From the NCBI RefSeq assembly GCF_006345805.1, contig NC_043012.1, forward strand, positions 32,364,001 through 32,428,000: a stretch of 64,000 nucleotides of DNA. Reading direction: 5' to 3'. A program made the position numbers and the translations under genes. Origin of the DNA: Octopus sinensis (Eukaryota). The notes beneath the pieces were generated by a model. It was not told the DNA's origin. It saw nothing but the letters and a program-made list of their open reading frames with translations, and searched no databases. This document shows positions 12,601 to 26,000 of the stretch, piece after piece (the first letter of the stretch is position 1; each line of letters begins with the position of its first letter).

Positions 12601-12928
12601 CAAGATTTTTAGCCTAATGTGAGCTGCTGGCTACACCTTTCATTCACATATTAATTCTATTAGATTATATTTTCAATGCTATAATTACATTAATTTTTTA
12701 ATTAGTCATTCTCACTGATTCTCACCTGGCATACTGGTTCCTTAAAACTTCAAATACATTTCGTTATTGTCTTTCCATCAGGTTCCCACACAACTTTTAT
12801 ACGGCATGGTTTTTATGTTGTTTGTTTCAGCTGTTTTTATTCATCTGCATTTCACCATTTTATAGTTTTCATAGAACTCATCCACAAATATGCCTACATA
12901 TCATAGGAGGTGAATTGGTGGCCATTAA

Positions 12929-13118
12929 CCCTTTTGACACCAACCCCGGCTGAAACCGCTTCTGGTTTTGTTTTCAAAAGTTCTAAATTAAAATCTACTG
13001 AACATTAGTTACAATTTATGTTCCTAACGCTAGCGTAATTTACTAAATTCTTTGTTATATTTAAAATCAACTGAAAGAAACACAGAGCATCTCAATAGAA
13101 ATATGATGATTAAAAGGG
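12929..13118. mobile_element. piggyBac-type MITE (family 2) in TTAA
   Basis: TTAA|CCCTTTTG...AAAAGGG|TTAA. Confidence 0.78.
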
Positions 13119-13723
13119 TTAAAACAGTATATTTGTTCTCCCTATATGCTACAAGCTCTAATTGCATCAAGGTCGGCTTTATCTTTCATCCTTCTGGTAG
13201 TGTATAAAATAATGTTGTGACCCGAGGGGATTAATGGGATTGTAAAAGTGTTGGAAGAGAATGTGTGTTTCAGCTCTCTTGCATTCTTGAGAGGCAGACT
13301 GAATCTCAAATATTCATTTTAACAACCCCACAAGGTCTGCTTTTAACAAAGAGAGCTCTGTTCAACATTCATGCCAAGTCCCCAGTTTGAGGCTAACTTC
13401 CTATCTTTCATCTCCTGAAAATCAAGGGCCAAGACTAACTTCCTATCTTTCATCTCCTGAATAATCAAGGGTCAAGGGTGCAGCTTCTTCTTCTCCTCTG
13501 ACTAAATAGTATGAAAACATTTTTAAATGAAAAGAATTTACAAAAGATGGGCAATTTTTTAATTACTAATTTTTGTGCTAACATTTTTATACTTAAGTAA
13601 AAAGATGCTAGATTTTATAACATAATTAAACAAATAAAAAAGAAACCAAATGTGAAATTGAGGGCTAATAAAGAAGTTTTCTTAAAAACGAATTCATGAA
13701 AGTACCAACAAAGACAAGAAAAT

Positions 13724-13757
13724 TTAAATACTGCATTTTACTGTTTCTGTTGGTGCT
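13724..13757 (-). CDS. HMGCR: HMGCR probable terminal coding exon 21 ((R)[10 protein letters not shown]), 34 nt
   Basis: Strongest downstream acceptor (tcttttttttcttttctttttcAG, AG at 13759-13758). Phase 2 completes AG+A = Arg; short tail with a near-terminal Cys as in other HMGCRs; TAA at 13726-13724. No transcript evidence. Confidence 0.75.
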
Positions 13758-16700
13758 CTGAAAAAGAAAAGAAAAAAAGAACATTAATAGTACGTGTATG
13801 GGAGTTTAATATTTGGGTGTTAAAAGAAAAGCAACATTTAACATACTTTCATACAGTTCTATACTTGAGAGCTACATTATTTACATTTGACAGATATTTG
13901 TCCTCATCTTGTTTGTTGTTAACACAATGTTTTGGCTGGTTTCCTGGGGAAATTTTGAACCTGGGTTCTCATTCCTAAGGTATTTTTCGATGTTGTTGTT
14001 CATTATTTACATTTGACAGATATTTGTCTTCATCTTTTTTGTTGTTAACACGTTTCAACTGATATACCCTCCACCCTTCTTCTGTAAATAATGTACAGAA
14101 TTCCTCATCTCTTAAATATAGAACTGTGTTGCTGTTGTATTTATTATTATTATTCAGGTAACTGCCTGGGGCATATGGCATAGTGGTTAAGAGCACGGAC
14201 TACTAACCCCAAGATTCCAAGTTCGGTTCCAAGCAGTTACCTGAACTGCAACAGCAACATAATACATAAAATCTTAAACTAATAATTTAGAAGATAATTA
14301 CTACATTGACCTAGTTCTTTGATGTTTCAAATTTGAGGATTTATAAGTAATTTACAAAAATCTTGCAAATTTCTAGTTTCAAATATTTAAGTTCCATACA
14401 AAAGTAAAACAAGTTATTGATTATTTAAGAAGCTAACGAAGCACCTCAGAGATATTTAATTCTCATATTTACTATTTCATACTATAATCATCCAAAAGTG
14501 GTTTACACCAAAATCCTTTGTGGTTTTAAATAACAATGATAAAGAGGATTTGAGCATGCCACAGTAAGTTTAGAAAATGGATCACCATTTATACGGTTCC
14601 TCCATTGATTATAGCAGAGGTCTTTCTACAACTACCAGTACCATGCTATTGAGAATCAGACTTAGTGAATTGTTAGTACAGGAATGAGTAGTTGAACCTT
14701 CAGCAAGTGGATTTGCTCTAAATTGATGTAGATACCTGTAATGTTTTTTTTTTAACTAAATAGATCTCCACATCAAAATTTGATTTAGCAAAGTGTCAAT
14801 TAGTGTTCACAAATAATAAACAAAATCTGTGACAAACACTAAATAACACTAGGTGCAGGAGTGGCTGTGTGGTAAGTAGCTTGCTTAACAACCACATGGT
14901 TCCGGGTTCAGTCCCACTGCGTGGCACCTTGGGCAAGTGTCTTCTACTATAGTCTCGGGCCGACCAAAGCCTTGTGAGTGGATTTGGTAGACGGAAACCG
15001 GAAGAAGCCCATCGTGTATGTGTTTGTCCCCCCAACATCGCTTGACAACCGATGCTGGTGTGTTTACGTCCCTGTAACTTAGCAGTCCGGTAAAAAGAGA
15101 CCGATAGAATAAGTACTAGGCTTACAAAGAAAAAGTCCTGGGGTCGATTTGTTCGACTAAAGGCGGTGCTCCAGCATGGCCACAGTCAAATGACTGAAAC
15201 AAGTAAAAGGGTAATCTTACCTGTTATGTCTCATATGGCTTTTCACTAAATGTCCAGCAGCAAGTGCTGACATTAAGGACAGTTCTCCGGCTAACACAGT
15301 ACTGCAAACGATTTGTGCAAATGTCGCAGCATTCTTCCCTGGTGTTTCATTGGGTCCCTCTACTCCAAGCATCTGTGGTAACGACAAAGAGTAGATATAA
15401 GTTAATTTCCACAAAAATCATGTAATAATTGAAATTAAAATTTCATGAAAGCGATAACCCACAATACACTAATTGCCCTAACATGCGTGAAATTTGACTT
15501 GTGACCACCGTTGTTGTTGCTGCCATCTGTGGTTGTTTTCAGCTGAAGAGGCAGAGAAACTTGGCTCAAGGGGAGAGAATCACTGAGTTTTTTTGTTTTA
15601 TTTTGTTATAATTATTTTATTATGCGAGTAAATATTTCTTTATAATTCATTCTGATTTTATTTTCTTTTGTTTTTTTCATGTTTTGGTTGCCCTAGTAGC
15701 TGCAAGTAGATACAGATAAATTTACTTTGCCTTAAATTTTGGGGCTTATCAAAGTACCACAACTTGGGATTAAACTATCATCATCATTTAAAATGTTTAT
15801 ATAAGCGATCAACTTTTAATGATACCTAAAGGTAAACAAAACAATGTTTTGTCTAAATATACAGTGTTAATTAAAAAAAAAGAAAAAAAGTAGGGTATGT
15901 GGGTATTTTGAAAATACCTCACCAAGTGATGTTTGTGTCCTGCATAGTTATCAGTTGCCTTTTGGCAAGGCATAGCACCCGTTTAGCCCACCCTGGATAG
16001 GTGAAGTCATGGGACTGCAACATGGTGGATTGTGCAGAAGTAGTAGAAGAGCTCAAATGAGCCAATTGTGCTTCTTACATTGATGCTGAGTGGGGGAATC
16101 CTAGAAGATGAATGGTCAAGGGCATCAATCTCTATCAAGAGAGTAACTGTAATGCATCCATAGGGGGTGGTGGCCATGGTTGTGTAATACACTATTGAAA
16201 GATTCATCACGAGTCAAGCTTCCAATTCAGATTCATAATAATGGAATTGGATAGCAACAGAGAGTCATGAGAATCCGTAAAAGCAGCAGATGCAAAAAGA
16301 ACTTGCCTTTCGTTACCAAAGTGGTTCTGGCTCTGAGTACAAATGTCTGGTTTTCATGAGTTTCGAATTAAAATCTTCCACCAAACCTTAGTCACAATTT
16401 ATGTTCCTAACACTAGCTGAATGATAACTAAATTATTTTACCAAATTCTTTGTTACATCTAAAGTAATTAAGATAAACACTGAACATCTCAAAATAAATA
16501 CAGTAAATATAGGCACAGGAGTGGCTGTGTGGTAAGTAGCTTGCTAACCAATCACATGGTTCCGGGTTCAGTCCCACTGCATGGCATCTTGGGCAAGTGT
16601 CTTCTGCTATAGCCCCAGGCTGACCAATGCCTTGTGAGTGGATTTGGTAGACGGAAACTGAAAGAAGCCTGTCGTATATATGTATATATATGTATATATA

Positions 16701-19700
16701 TATATATGTATGTGTGTGTTTGTGTGTCCCCCTAGCATTGCTTGACAACCGATGCTGGTGTGTTTACGTCCCCGTTACTTAGCGGTTCGGCAAAAGAGAC
16801 CGATAGAATAAGTACTGGGCTTACAAAGAATAAGTCCCGGGGTCGATTTGCTCGACTAAAGGCGGTGCTCCAGCATGGCCGCAGTCAAATGACTGAAACA
16901 AGTAAAAGAGTAAAGAGTAACGAAAGGGTTAAGTAACGGGATCATAAACAGAGAGACTTTTACGTTTGAGATTTTAAAGATCTGTCTGTGGCAAAAGAGA
17001 CGGAGACCTGATGATCTATTACAATATACACAATGATAAAGATAAAGTATAACTACAGACATTACTGTAAAATAGGCTTATTTTAATATTTAATTCCTTT
17101 ATTATTGCTACAGTTTACTTATTATCATTGGAAGCTGACAAAATCGTTTGTGCACCAGACAAAATGCTTAGCAACATTTTGTTCGTTTTTACACCGTGAG
17201 TTCAAATTCTGCCAAGGCCAGATTGAATAGCTCCCTCCTTCAAAATTACAGGCCTTGTGCCTATTTTAGAAAGGATTATTGGGAGTTCGTGTGAAGTTGT
17301 ATTGAGCTCATGTTGTCAAGACATTTCTGACGTCACACAATTTGTGTGTGTGCCTGTGTATTTAATATACTTCTACTGTTGATAATGATAAGCTATCAGG
17401 CCAGTCTTAATCAAGCAGTCACACAATCAATTGTTTCCCAGCCATGTTCCCCTTTGACACAGTACATGTAACACCATATTATCTAATATTTATTTTATTT
17501 TATGGCACACAAAAAGCACCCACTGAACTCACGGAGTGGATGGCGTTAGGAAGGGTATCCAGCTGTAGAAACACCGCCAGATCAGACTGGAGCCTGGTGC
17601 AGCCTTCTGGCTTCCCAGAACCGGGTCGAACCGTCCAACCCGTGCTAGCATGGAAAGCGGACGTTAAACGATGATAGTTAGGTGAAATATGGAGGACATT
17701 TAGCTGCTTTTCTTGCAGGTCAAGCCACCACATAGAGACTCTTTTATTAGTTTGTATTTTGGCTACGCTTAGTGGAAGGTGGTGACAGTACAATGGAATA
17801 AATTTACTCTTTTCTTCATGTACTATTTTTGTGTGATGCTATTTAACATCCATTTTCCATGCCATGTGAGGAGATGCTAGCATCAACTCCAAGATTAGGT
17901 ATTACTTTCTACCAAGATGCTGCATGCCAGATATACTGACAAAGGATCATATCAGATACAATGATAGAGGATTATATTAAATATATTGGTTTCAAATTTT
18001 GGCACAAGGCCGGCAATTTTGTGGGAGGCAGTAAGTCGATTACATCAATCCCAGTGATCAACTGATACTTATTTCATCAACCCCGAAAGGATGTAGGGCA
18101 AAATCAACCCCAGTGGAATTTGAACTCAGAGCATTTTGCCTGACATGCTAACGGTTCTGCCAGTTCGTCACCTTAATTATAACAAATATATAGACAAAGA
18201 GAATCATGCCAGATATACTGAGGCAGTGAGACAGAAGTTCAAGTCAGATATATTGACAGAGAATATCAGATCAGATATCCTCACTGAGAGACTTGAGTCA
18301 GACATAGACGGAGAGGATTGTGTTAGATAAGGGTTGCTGAAGCATGGAACAGACTGCCGGCATCAGTTGTTAGTTGTCGGAGCACTGCATCCTTCAAAAC
18401 TTCCAGGCTTCCTGAGATTCGCCAACACTACACCTGATTTTCTCCCCTCCATACACATGCAAGCATGTATCTGACTCATACACCGTTCACTTCCCAGACA
18501 TTTGTACATGACAAGTTGTGGTGCACCTGAGCACTGTATACAATAATTTCATTATATTATATATATATTTGTTACTTTTAAAATCATAAATTTATTAAAT
18601 AGAAAGGTTGCTACTTACTTTTAAGCATGCAGCTTGCGGCTGTAGTCTTGTTCCCCCACCAACTGTCCCAAGTTCCAGTGAAGGCATTGTACAACTGATA
18701 TAAAGATCAGAATTGTTGTCCCCTGTTGCTTCCATTAATGTTATACAATTAGAACTAGACACATTTTCTGCTGGGTCCTGAGGATAGAATAATAGCAGAA
18801 TTATTTCAAATTCCTGTTGGTAGACATAATAATGGATATACATATATATATATATATATAGCTGTTTATGCAATTTTATAATTGTATCACAAAGGAAAGA
18901 AGGAAGGATTGATAGTTAGATATGCTAACCCTGAAATTATATTTGTGACTGAGAAGTTGACTTTTGTTATTTTAGTTTAAAAACAAATCTTAATCATCAA
19001 TATTTATGTCAAAAATAAAATAATCTTCTCATTCAACTTGGTAACTGGATGTGATTTTTGTCAGCATCGTAGTGTATATTGAGATATTTTTAAATTCCAT
19101 GGATAGCTGAAATATCTTTAATAAGATATATAGGCGCAGGAGTGGCTGTGTGGTAAGTAGCTTGCTTACCAACCACATGGTTCCGGGTTCAGTCCCACTG
19201 CGTGGCACCTTGGGCAAGTGTCTTCTACTATAGCCTTGGGCCGACCAAAGCCTTGTGAGTGGATTTGGTAGACGGAAACTGAAATGTCTCACACATATGT
19301 AAGGACAAAAGTAAAGCTACTAAGTTGGAGTTTGAAACCCAATGCAACGCCAGATACGATTGAGTATTGTTACATGTGTAACATCTCCGCACAATCATCA
19401 GACACAAACCACATAAGGAAATAAAAGCTGAATAACAGAAGAAACGCGATCAGTCAAGTAGGAAGTATATAGAAAACGAAAAATTGCACCTGAGCACTGT
19501 ATACAATAATTTTATTATAAATAAATGGAAAGGTAAGAGTTATCTCCCTTAGATCTTAAAACACGCTCTCTCTCTCTCTCTCATATACATCGTGGCACTC
19601 CGTCGGTTACAACGACGAGGGTTGCAGTTGATCCAATTAACGGAACAGCCTGCTCGTGAAATTAACGTGCAAGTGGCTGAACACTCCACAGACACGTGTA

Positions 19701-19973
19701 CCCTTAACGTCGTTCCCGGGTGGGGGGGAGATTCAGCGTGACAAGGCTGGCTTTTTGAAATACAAGTACAACAGAAACAGAAAGAATGAGTGAGAGGAAT
19801 TTGTGGTGAAAGAATACAGCAGGGTTCGCCACCATCCCCTGCCAGAGCTTTGTGGAGCTTTAAGTGTTTTCGCTCAATAAACACTCACAACGCCTGGTCT
19901 GCGAATCGAAACCGCAATCCTATGACCGCGAGAACCACTGGGCCATTGCACCTCCACCATATCTATCTATCTA

Positions 19974-20018
<45 letters not shown>

Positions 20019-23000
20019 GCACACATACATAATGGGCTTCTTTCAGTTTCCATCTACCAAATCCACTCACAAGGCTTTGGTCTGCTTGAATTTATAGTAG
20101 AAGACATTTGCCCAAGGTGCCACGCAGTGGGACTGAACCCAGAACCATGTGGCTGGTAAGCAAGCTACTTACCACACAACCACATCTGTACCTAAAATAT
20201 TTTTAAAAAAGACACCACATTTTTGAGAATATTGTTGAGAAAGACGACAAGTTGGTTCAAATTGATGCTATTTCATTTGGTTTGCTTGCCTGCAGGTAAA
20301 CTGTCGGTGAAGATGTTGCTGTAAATGTCTGGGATTAAAGCACAGGTTTAACATGAAGACTAGTTAGGAGATTAATGACTATAAGACTTACTTGGCCAGT
20401 AGCAATATATACAGCAGTAACGATGTTGGCAGAATGAGCATTGAAGCCTCCCTGTGTACCCGCCATAGCTGAACCAACCAGATTTTTGGCAATATTCAGG
20501 TCAACTAATGCAGGCACACTGATTTTAAGAACTTCTCGTACAACCTTGCCAGGAATTACTGCTTCAGCCACCACACTTTTGCCTCGACCATTAACCCTGT
20601 ATAAATAGAGAAAAAAAGGTTAAACTGAATGTTAATGGTTTTGTGTACTGATTTTTAAAAATAATAAATGATTACTTACAGAAGTCATCATCATTTAACA
20701 TCCGCTTTCCATGCTAGCATGGGTTGGACGATTTGACTGAGGTCTGGTGAACCAGACTCCAATCTGATCTGGCAGAGTTTCTACAGCTGGATGCCCTTCC
20801 TAATGCCAACCACTCCGAGAGTGTAGAAGTAATTACAGAAATAGCAAATAATTGGAACTATATAATATTGGTTTCAAATTTTGACACAAGGCCAGTAATT
20901 TCGAGATGGGTGGGGTATAAGTCGATTACTTCAACTTCAGTGCTCAACTGGTACTTATTCTATCGACCCCGAAAGGATGAAAGGCAAAGTTGACCTCAGC
21001 GAGGACCATATAAAATTTAAATATTTATAATTGAGATTTGGTTTCAAAACTATAAAGCATTAAACTATTTCTTAGTTTCCAGTTTTCTTGAAACAATGAA
21101 ACTAAGATTTCATGATTATGCAACCAGTATATTTTAATACTACAAAGCTCTAGATAATAAAACCAACAGAATTAAAAGTAGTCATTATAAAATTCTAAAT
21201 CTTCTTTTCAGTAATTGCATTGACTCAACATGCCCACCACCACATACTACATTCTTCGCAGTCAGTGGGATAAATGTTGGAAACTCAAAAAAATTCAGAC
21301 AGTTCCGAAAGATAATAATTCCTGCTATTCCATATTATAAACCTTTCTACAAGCCAAGATATGTTTAGATAAGTCTACACCACACCATTGTCCCACATAT
21401 CTGGGAAGATCAATCAAACCAATAAAGAAAACCAAACAAAACTGTAGATATATAAAAAAAGAAAGGGCATGACATGTTATCCTAATAAATGATTGGTCAA
21501 AGCACACCTGTTCAGGACAGCCAGGATCCACTATATATGGGACCCACATCTGTTAAAAACTCTTTTCTCAAAACAGAACCTTCAGAGAAGTTACACAATT
21601 ATTGTGAGCACTATGATTTTAATATTGCAAAATAAGAAAGTACTTGTCAATGAGGATTGAAGTTTTTTGAGAAATATTTATTCAGGCAACATGGAAACTA
21701 ATTTTGTAGTGAAGGACCAACAACAGAGAGAAAGGAGTAATAGAAATACTGACTTACCAATTAATAGCAGCACATTTCTTATCTGTACAATAATTACCAC
21801 TAACACTCATAATTTCCATGTTAGGAAACTTGTCTTGCAATACTCTAAGAGCATTTTCCACTCCCTGAAAAATAAGCACAACATCTTATGAAGAACTAAA
21901 AAAAATTTTTCTTTTTAATATGAATAATATGCAAAATTAAACCCACTTCAGAAAAGAAAACAAAACAAACAATAGAAGGTAACCAACAACTGTGATAATT
22001 TCTAAATTGAGTAAGAAATGGTTATCAGATATTTAGAAAAGTTATTTATATCTGATGAAATATTCATGTTCAATATACAAACTCCACTTATGTTTGATTT
22101 TCAAACTCCACCTGTCTAACACCCGTGGACATGTTTACAAAGTCAGAAAACAGCACCGCTCCCATGACTTTCGGAAACATTTTTTCACGCTAAGAGTTGC
22201 TGAAGCATGGAACAAACTACCGGCATCAGTTGTTAGTTGTCGGAGCACTGCATCCTTCAAAACTTCCATGCTTCCTGAGATTTGCTAACACTACACCTGA
22301 TTTTCCCCCCTCCATACACACGCAAGCATGTATCATACACTGTTCACTTCCCAGACATTTGTACATTACTGCATATACTCTATACGCACTTTCTGACAAG
22401 TTGTGGTGCACCTGAGCACTGTATACAAAAATTTCATTATTATTATTATTATCGATTCAAATGTGATGTTTTAAAAAATATCACCTTAGAAAGCATATTC
22501 ATTCCCATGGCGTCACCTGTTGTAGCTACAAATCGAATAAATAAGTATCTTCCAGCTAGATTTGCTTGCAAGCTAGTTAAATTAGCAAAACTGAAATAAG
22601 AAAGAAAATCTGTTAATAGTCTATATAATGATACAGGACTAAAAATTATAAAAACAATTTAGGTGTTCATTAAATGTTAAACAGCAAACGTGGCTTTTAG
22701 CTGTTCCATTAGATGTGAAACATGTAGCTGTGATTCTCAGCTGTTCCATTAGATGTGAAACATGTAGCTGTGACTCTTGGCTGTTCACTAAATGTTAAAT
22801 TATCAACAAGACTCAGCTGTTAATTTAATGTGACATGAATTATAGGAATTGCTCAGCTGTTAATTAAATACAACACAAATTATTGTAACTGCTCAATTTC
22901 TCAGTAAATGTGAGAGTAAAGACTCAGCTTTCATTAATTGTGACGCATAAATTAAAATCCTCACCGACTAGTTTCATTAAATTTCTTTTGAACAAAGTGG

Positions 23001-26000
23001 AATGCTTCTTTTTCATTGAGCCAAAGTTTTAATTTCCTGCAGTAACAAAAAAAAAAAAAAAAAAATCATTTCCATAAAAAATCACAATAAACAATAACCT
23101 AAGTCAAGGAGATTTTAAAATAAAACAATGTATTTTTATAAGAGGGGAAAGGAAGTAACTACTTGGTCTCCTTGGCTGTACCTCACTCAGTTCATCATCA
23201 TCATCATCGTTTAATGGCCGTTTTCCATGCTAGCATGGGTTGGACGATTCGATCGGGGTCAGGGAAGCCAGAAGGCTGCACCAGGCTCCAGTCTGCTTTG
23301 GCAGTGTTTCTACAGCTGGATGCCCTTCCTAACGCCAACCACTCTGAGAGTGTAGTGGGTGCTTTTTATGTGCCAGGCGAGGCTGGCAACAGCCACGATC
23401 AGTTGGTGCTTTTTACATGCCACCGGCACGGAAGCCAGTCAAGGCAGCACTGGCATCGACCGGGTACGGATGGTGCTTTTTACATGCCACCGACACAGGT
23501 GCCAGGCAAGGCTGGCAACAGCTATGATCAGTTGATGCTTTTTACGTGCCACCGGCATGGAAGCCAGTAAAGGTGGCACTGGCATAGAATTAAATGAAGT
23601 GCAGTAGATACGGGTGCAAGACCACTGACTACAAAGATCATTATCATCCTTTAATGTTCATTTTCCATGCTGGCATGGGTTTGATGGTTTGACCAGAATT
23701 GACAAGCTGGAGAGCTGCACCATTTGGCATGGTTTCTACAGCTGGATGTCCTTCCTAACGCCAACCACTTGACAGTGTGTGCTGGGTGCTTCTTACATGG
23801 CACAGGACTCTTGCAGGCCAAGCCTCTTTTTACGTAGGATGTGACCTTAATACTTCAGCAGACAAGGATGGGTTTTCTTGAATACAACAAAGCACCAGGT
23901 ATCTTGAGATATCACTGAAAACTCTGCTTAGCTATGGAAATGTACTTCAGTGTAAAACTGTGCCAATCTCACTTTCGATGAGTTAACAATGTGAAAGGTA
24001 CCCAGCTGTGAAACTACATGCTCCAATAATTTATGTATTTTCAACATTTCTAAAACAAAACAGTGATGTTAACTTGAAAGAAAAACGAACAAATAATTGA
24101 CAGAACTGGTCCGGTTTTTGTTTATAGCAAACACTCATGAGTGATTCTTTTATTTCGAATTAGAAGAGAAACCAACCATGTCAGTTTGTTTCAAGATATG
24201 TGGGACAATGGTGTGGTGTAGACTTATCTAAACTATGCCAGTGTAAAAAAGTGAATGTAACATCATTAACAATGACAGTAGAAATGATTGTGATGACGCC
24301 AATGTAGGGTATTATATTAGCGCAAGTAATGTAATACTTCATCTGGTATTAGATCTGTATGTAAGAGTTTCAAAAATGAAGTTATGCTTCGTTTTTGAAT
24401 CTGGCAAAGCTTTTAAGTGATACACAAGCATTCAACTATGAGTGTAAGCTAACGAAGTTCGTCACTTAATTTCTTGTTTCCCAGTCATTTATATAATTTC
24501 TTATTACACTCTTTACTTGACAAACATTTTTTTCTGAAGCATACGTATATCGAGTTCTAATATCAGGTTAATTAGTATTGCTTTGTCTAAGCAAAATATT
24601 AAGATATATATATATAAGAATTGTGATTTCAAATTAGCTAACGAATGTTTGTAACTCTATGCAGTGGGATTGAACCCAGAACCAAGTACTTGGGAATCAA
24701 ACTTTAACTACATAGCCACTCATACACCTGTGTACATGTGTGTGTGTGTGCACGCTCTAGCATGGCCACAGTCCTTGGACTGAAACATATAAAAGAATAT
24801 ATATACACACACACGAGGTGGTGCTGAAAAGTTCCTGGCTTTGGGTAGAAGAAAAATACAGGATGATCAGTTAAATTATGATTTTATTCAACATATTCCC
24901 CTCTCAGATTCACACACTTATTGCAGCGGTCCTTCAGTTTTTCTAAGCCCTGTAAAAGAACTTGAATGGTTGGGCCTCTAACCAGGTCTTTCACAAAACT
25001 CTTAAAGCCAGGAACTAGCTTCGTCAGAGCCCACCATACCACACAACAGAGTGATAATACACACACACACACATAGATACATATGCCATATACCAGTAAA
25101 TTACAGTTCTCTATTTCATCAACTCACTACATATGAAAGGGGAAGTTGAATGTAGCAAGACAAGAAAAGCAAAAGTAAATAGTGCTGTGTGATGTTTTGT
25201 TTAAGTTACTTCCACATCTATCACTTATTGTCTCTGCCTTTCACAGGTAAAACACCTATTTTTGTATGGAAAGGAGAATGTATATGACTGGTACTTATTT
25301 TGTCAATTAAGAGGAAAGACATTTTGACTGAATTCCAAACAGTAAGACACCAATAACAGTCTTAATCTGATTCTCTATACTATTCTTCTCATTTAATTAA
25401 TACTGAACTAGCACGCCGGGTCATAGTGCTAGTGCATGCGCACATACACGCGAGTACTGTCCAAATCACCGACCAATCACATACAGCTAGCTGGCATTCA
25501 ATTGGCGTATCAAGTTTCGGGCATTTTGATTGGGTTTTGGATGGAAAATTCACAAAAAAGTAACTTCTATTGATTTTTTAATGGCTTTGCGGGGTGACTG
25601 GGGAAATGTAAAGATGTGCACGACCACTCTTGGACGGTTTTGAATGACCATAGAAAGTGCGAGCCCTCTAACTGAAAAATTGTGGATTTGTAAAAAGGAC
25701 ACACACACAGACATTTTGCCGTTTATATACATAGAGATTACTTACATGCATTCTTCCGCCGTTGGGAACCGTACAACCGGACCCCTTGTCATACCATCAC
25801 TTAAGAGGAAGCTGCGTACACCACCACTTTTCTGATTTTACAGAATGGAAACATTACTCATTATGTTATAGGTGACAGCAATTAAACATAGAAGAAAGAG
25901 TTAACCTTTTAGTATTCAGATTATTCTGTCAAATATAATGTTTGTTTGTTTATATTATCTTGTAGTTTAGAGATTTTGCTGATGTGATTGTTTAGTTTTA

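Noticed and set aside
13393-13478. 42-44-bp tandem duplication in the presumed 3' region
   Set aside because: Simple two-copy slippage with no further structure.
13727-13738. C-terminal KCSI as a prenylation (CaaX) signal
   Set aside because: Cys is third from the end, not fourth.
14609-14737. Alternative terminal exon ([21 protein letters not shown]...)
   Set aside because: The acceptor is preceded by a poly-A run rather than a pyrimidine tract. Not excluded without RNA data, but it also lacks the AMPK Ser.
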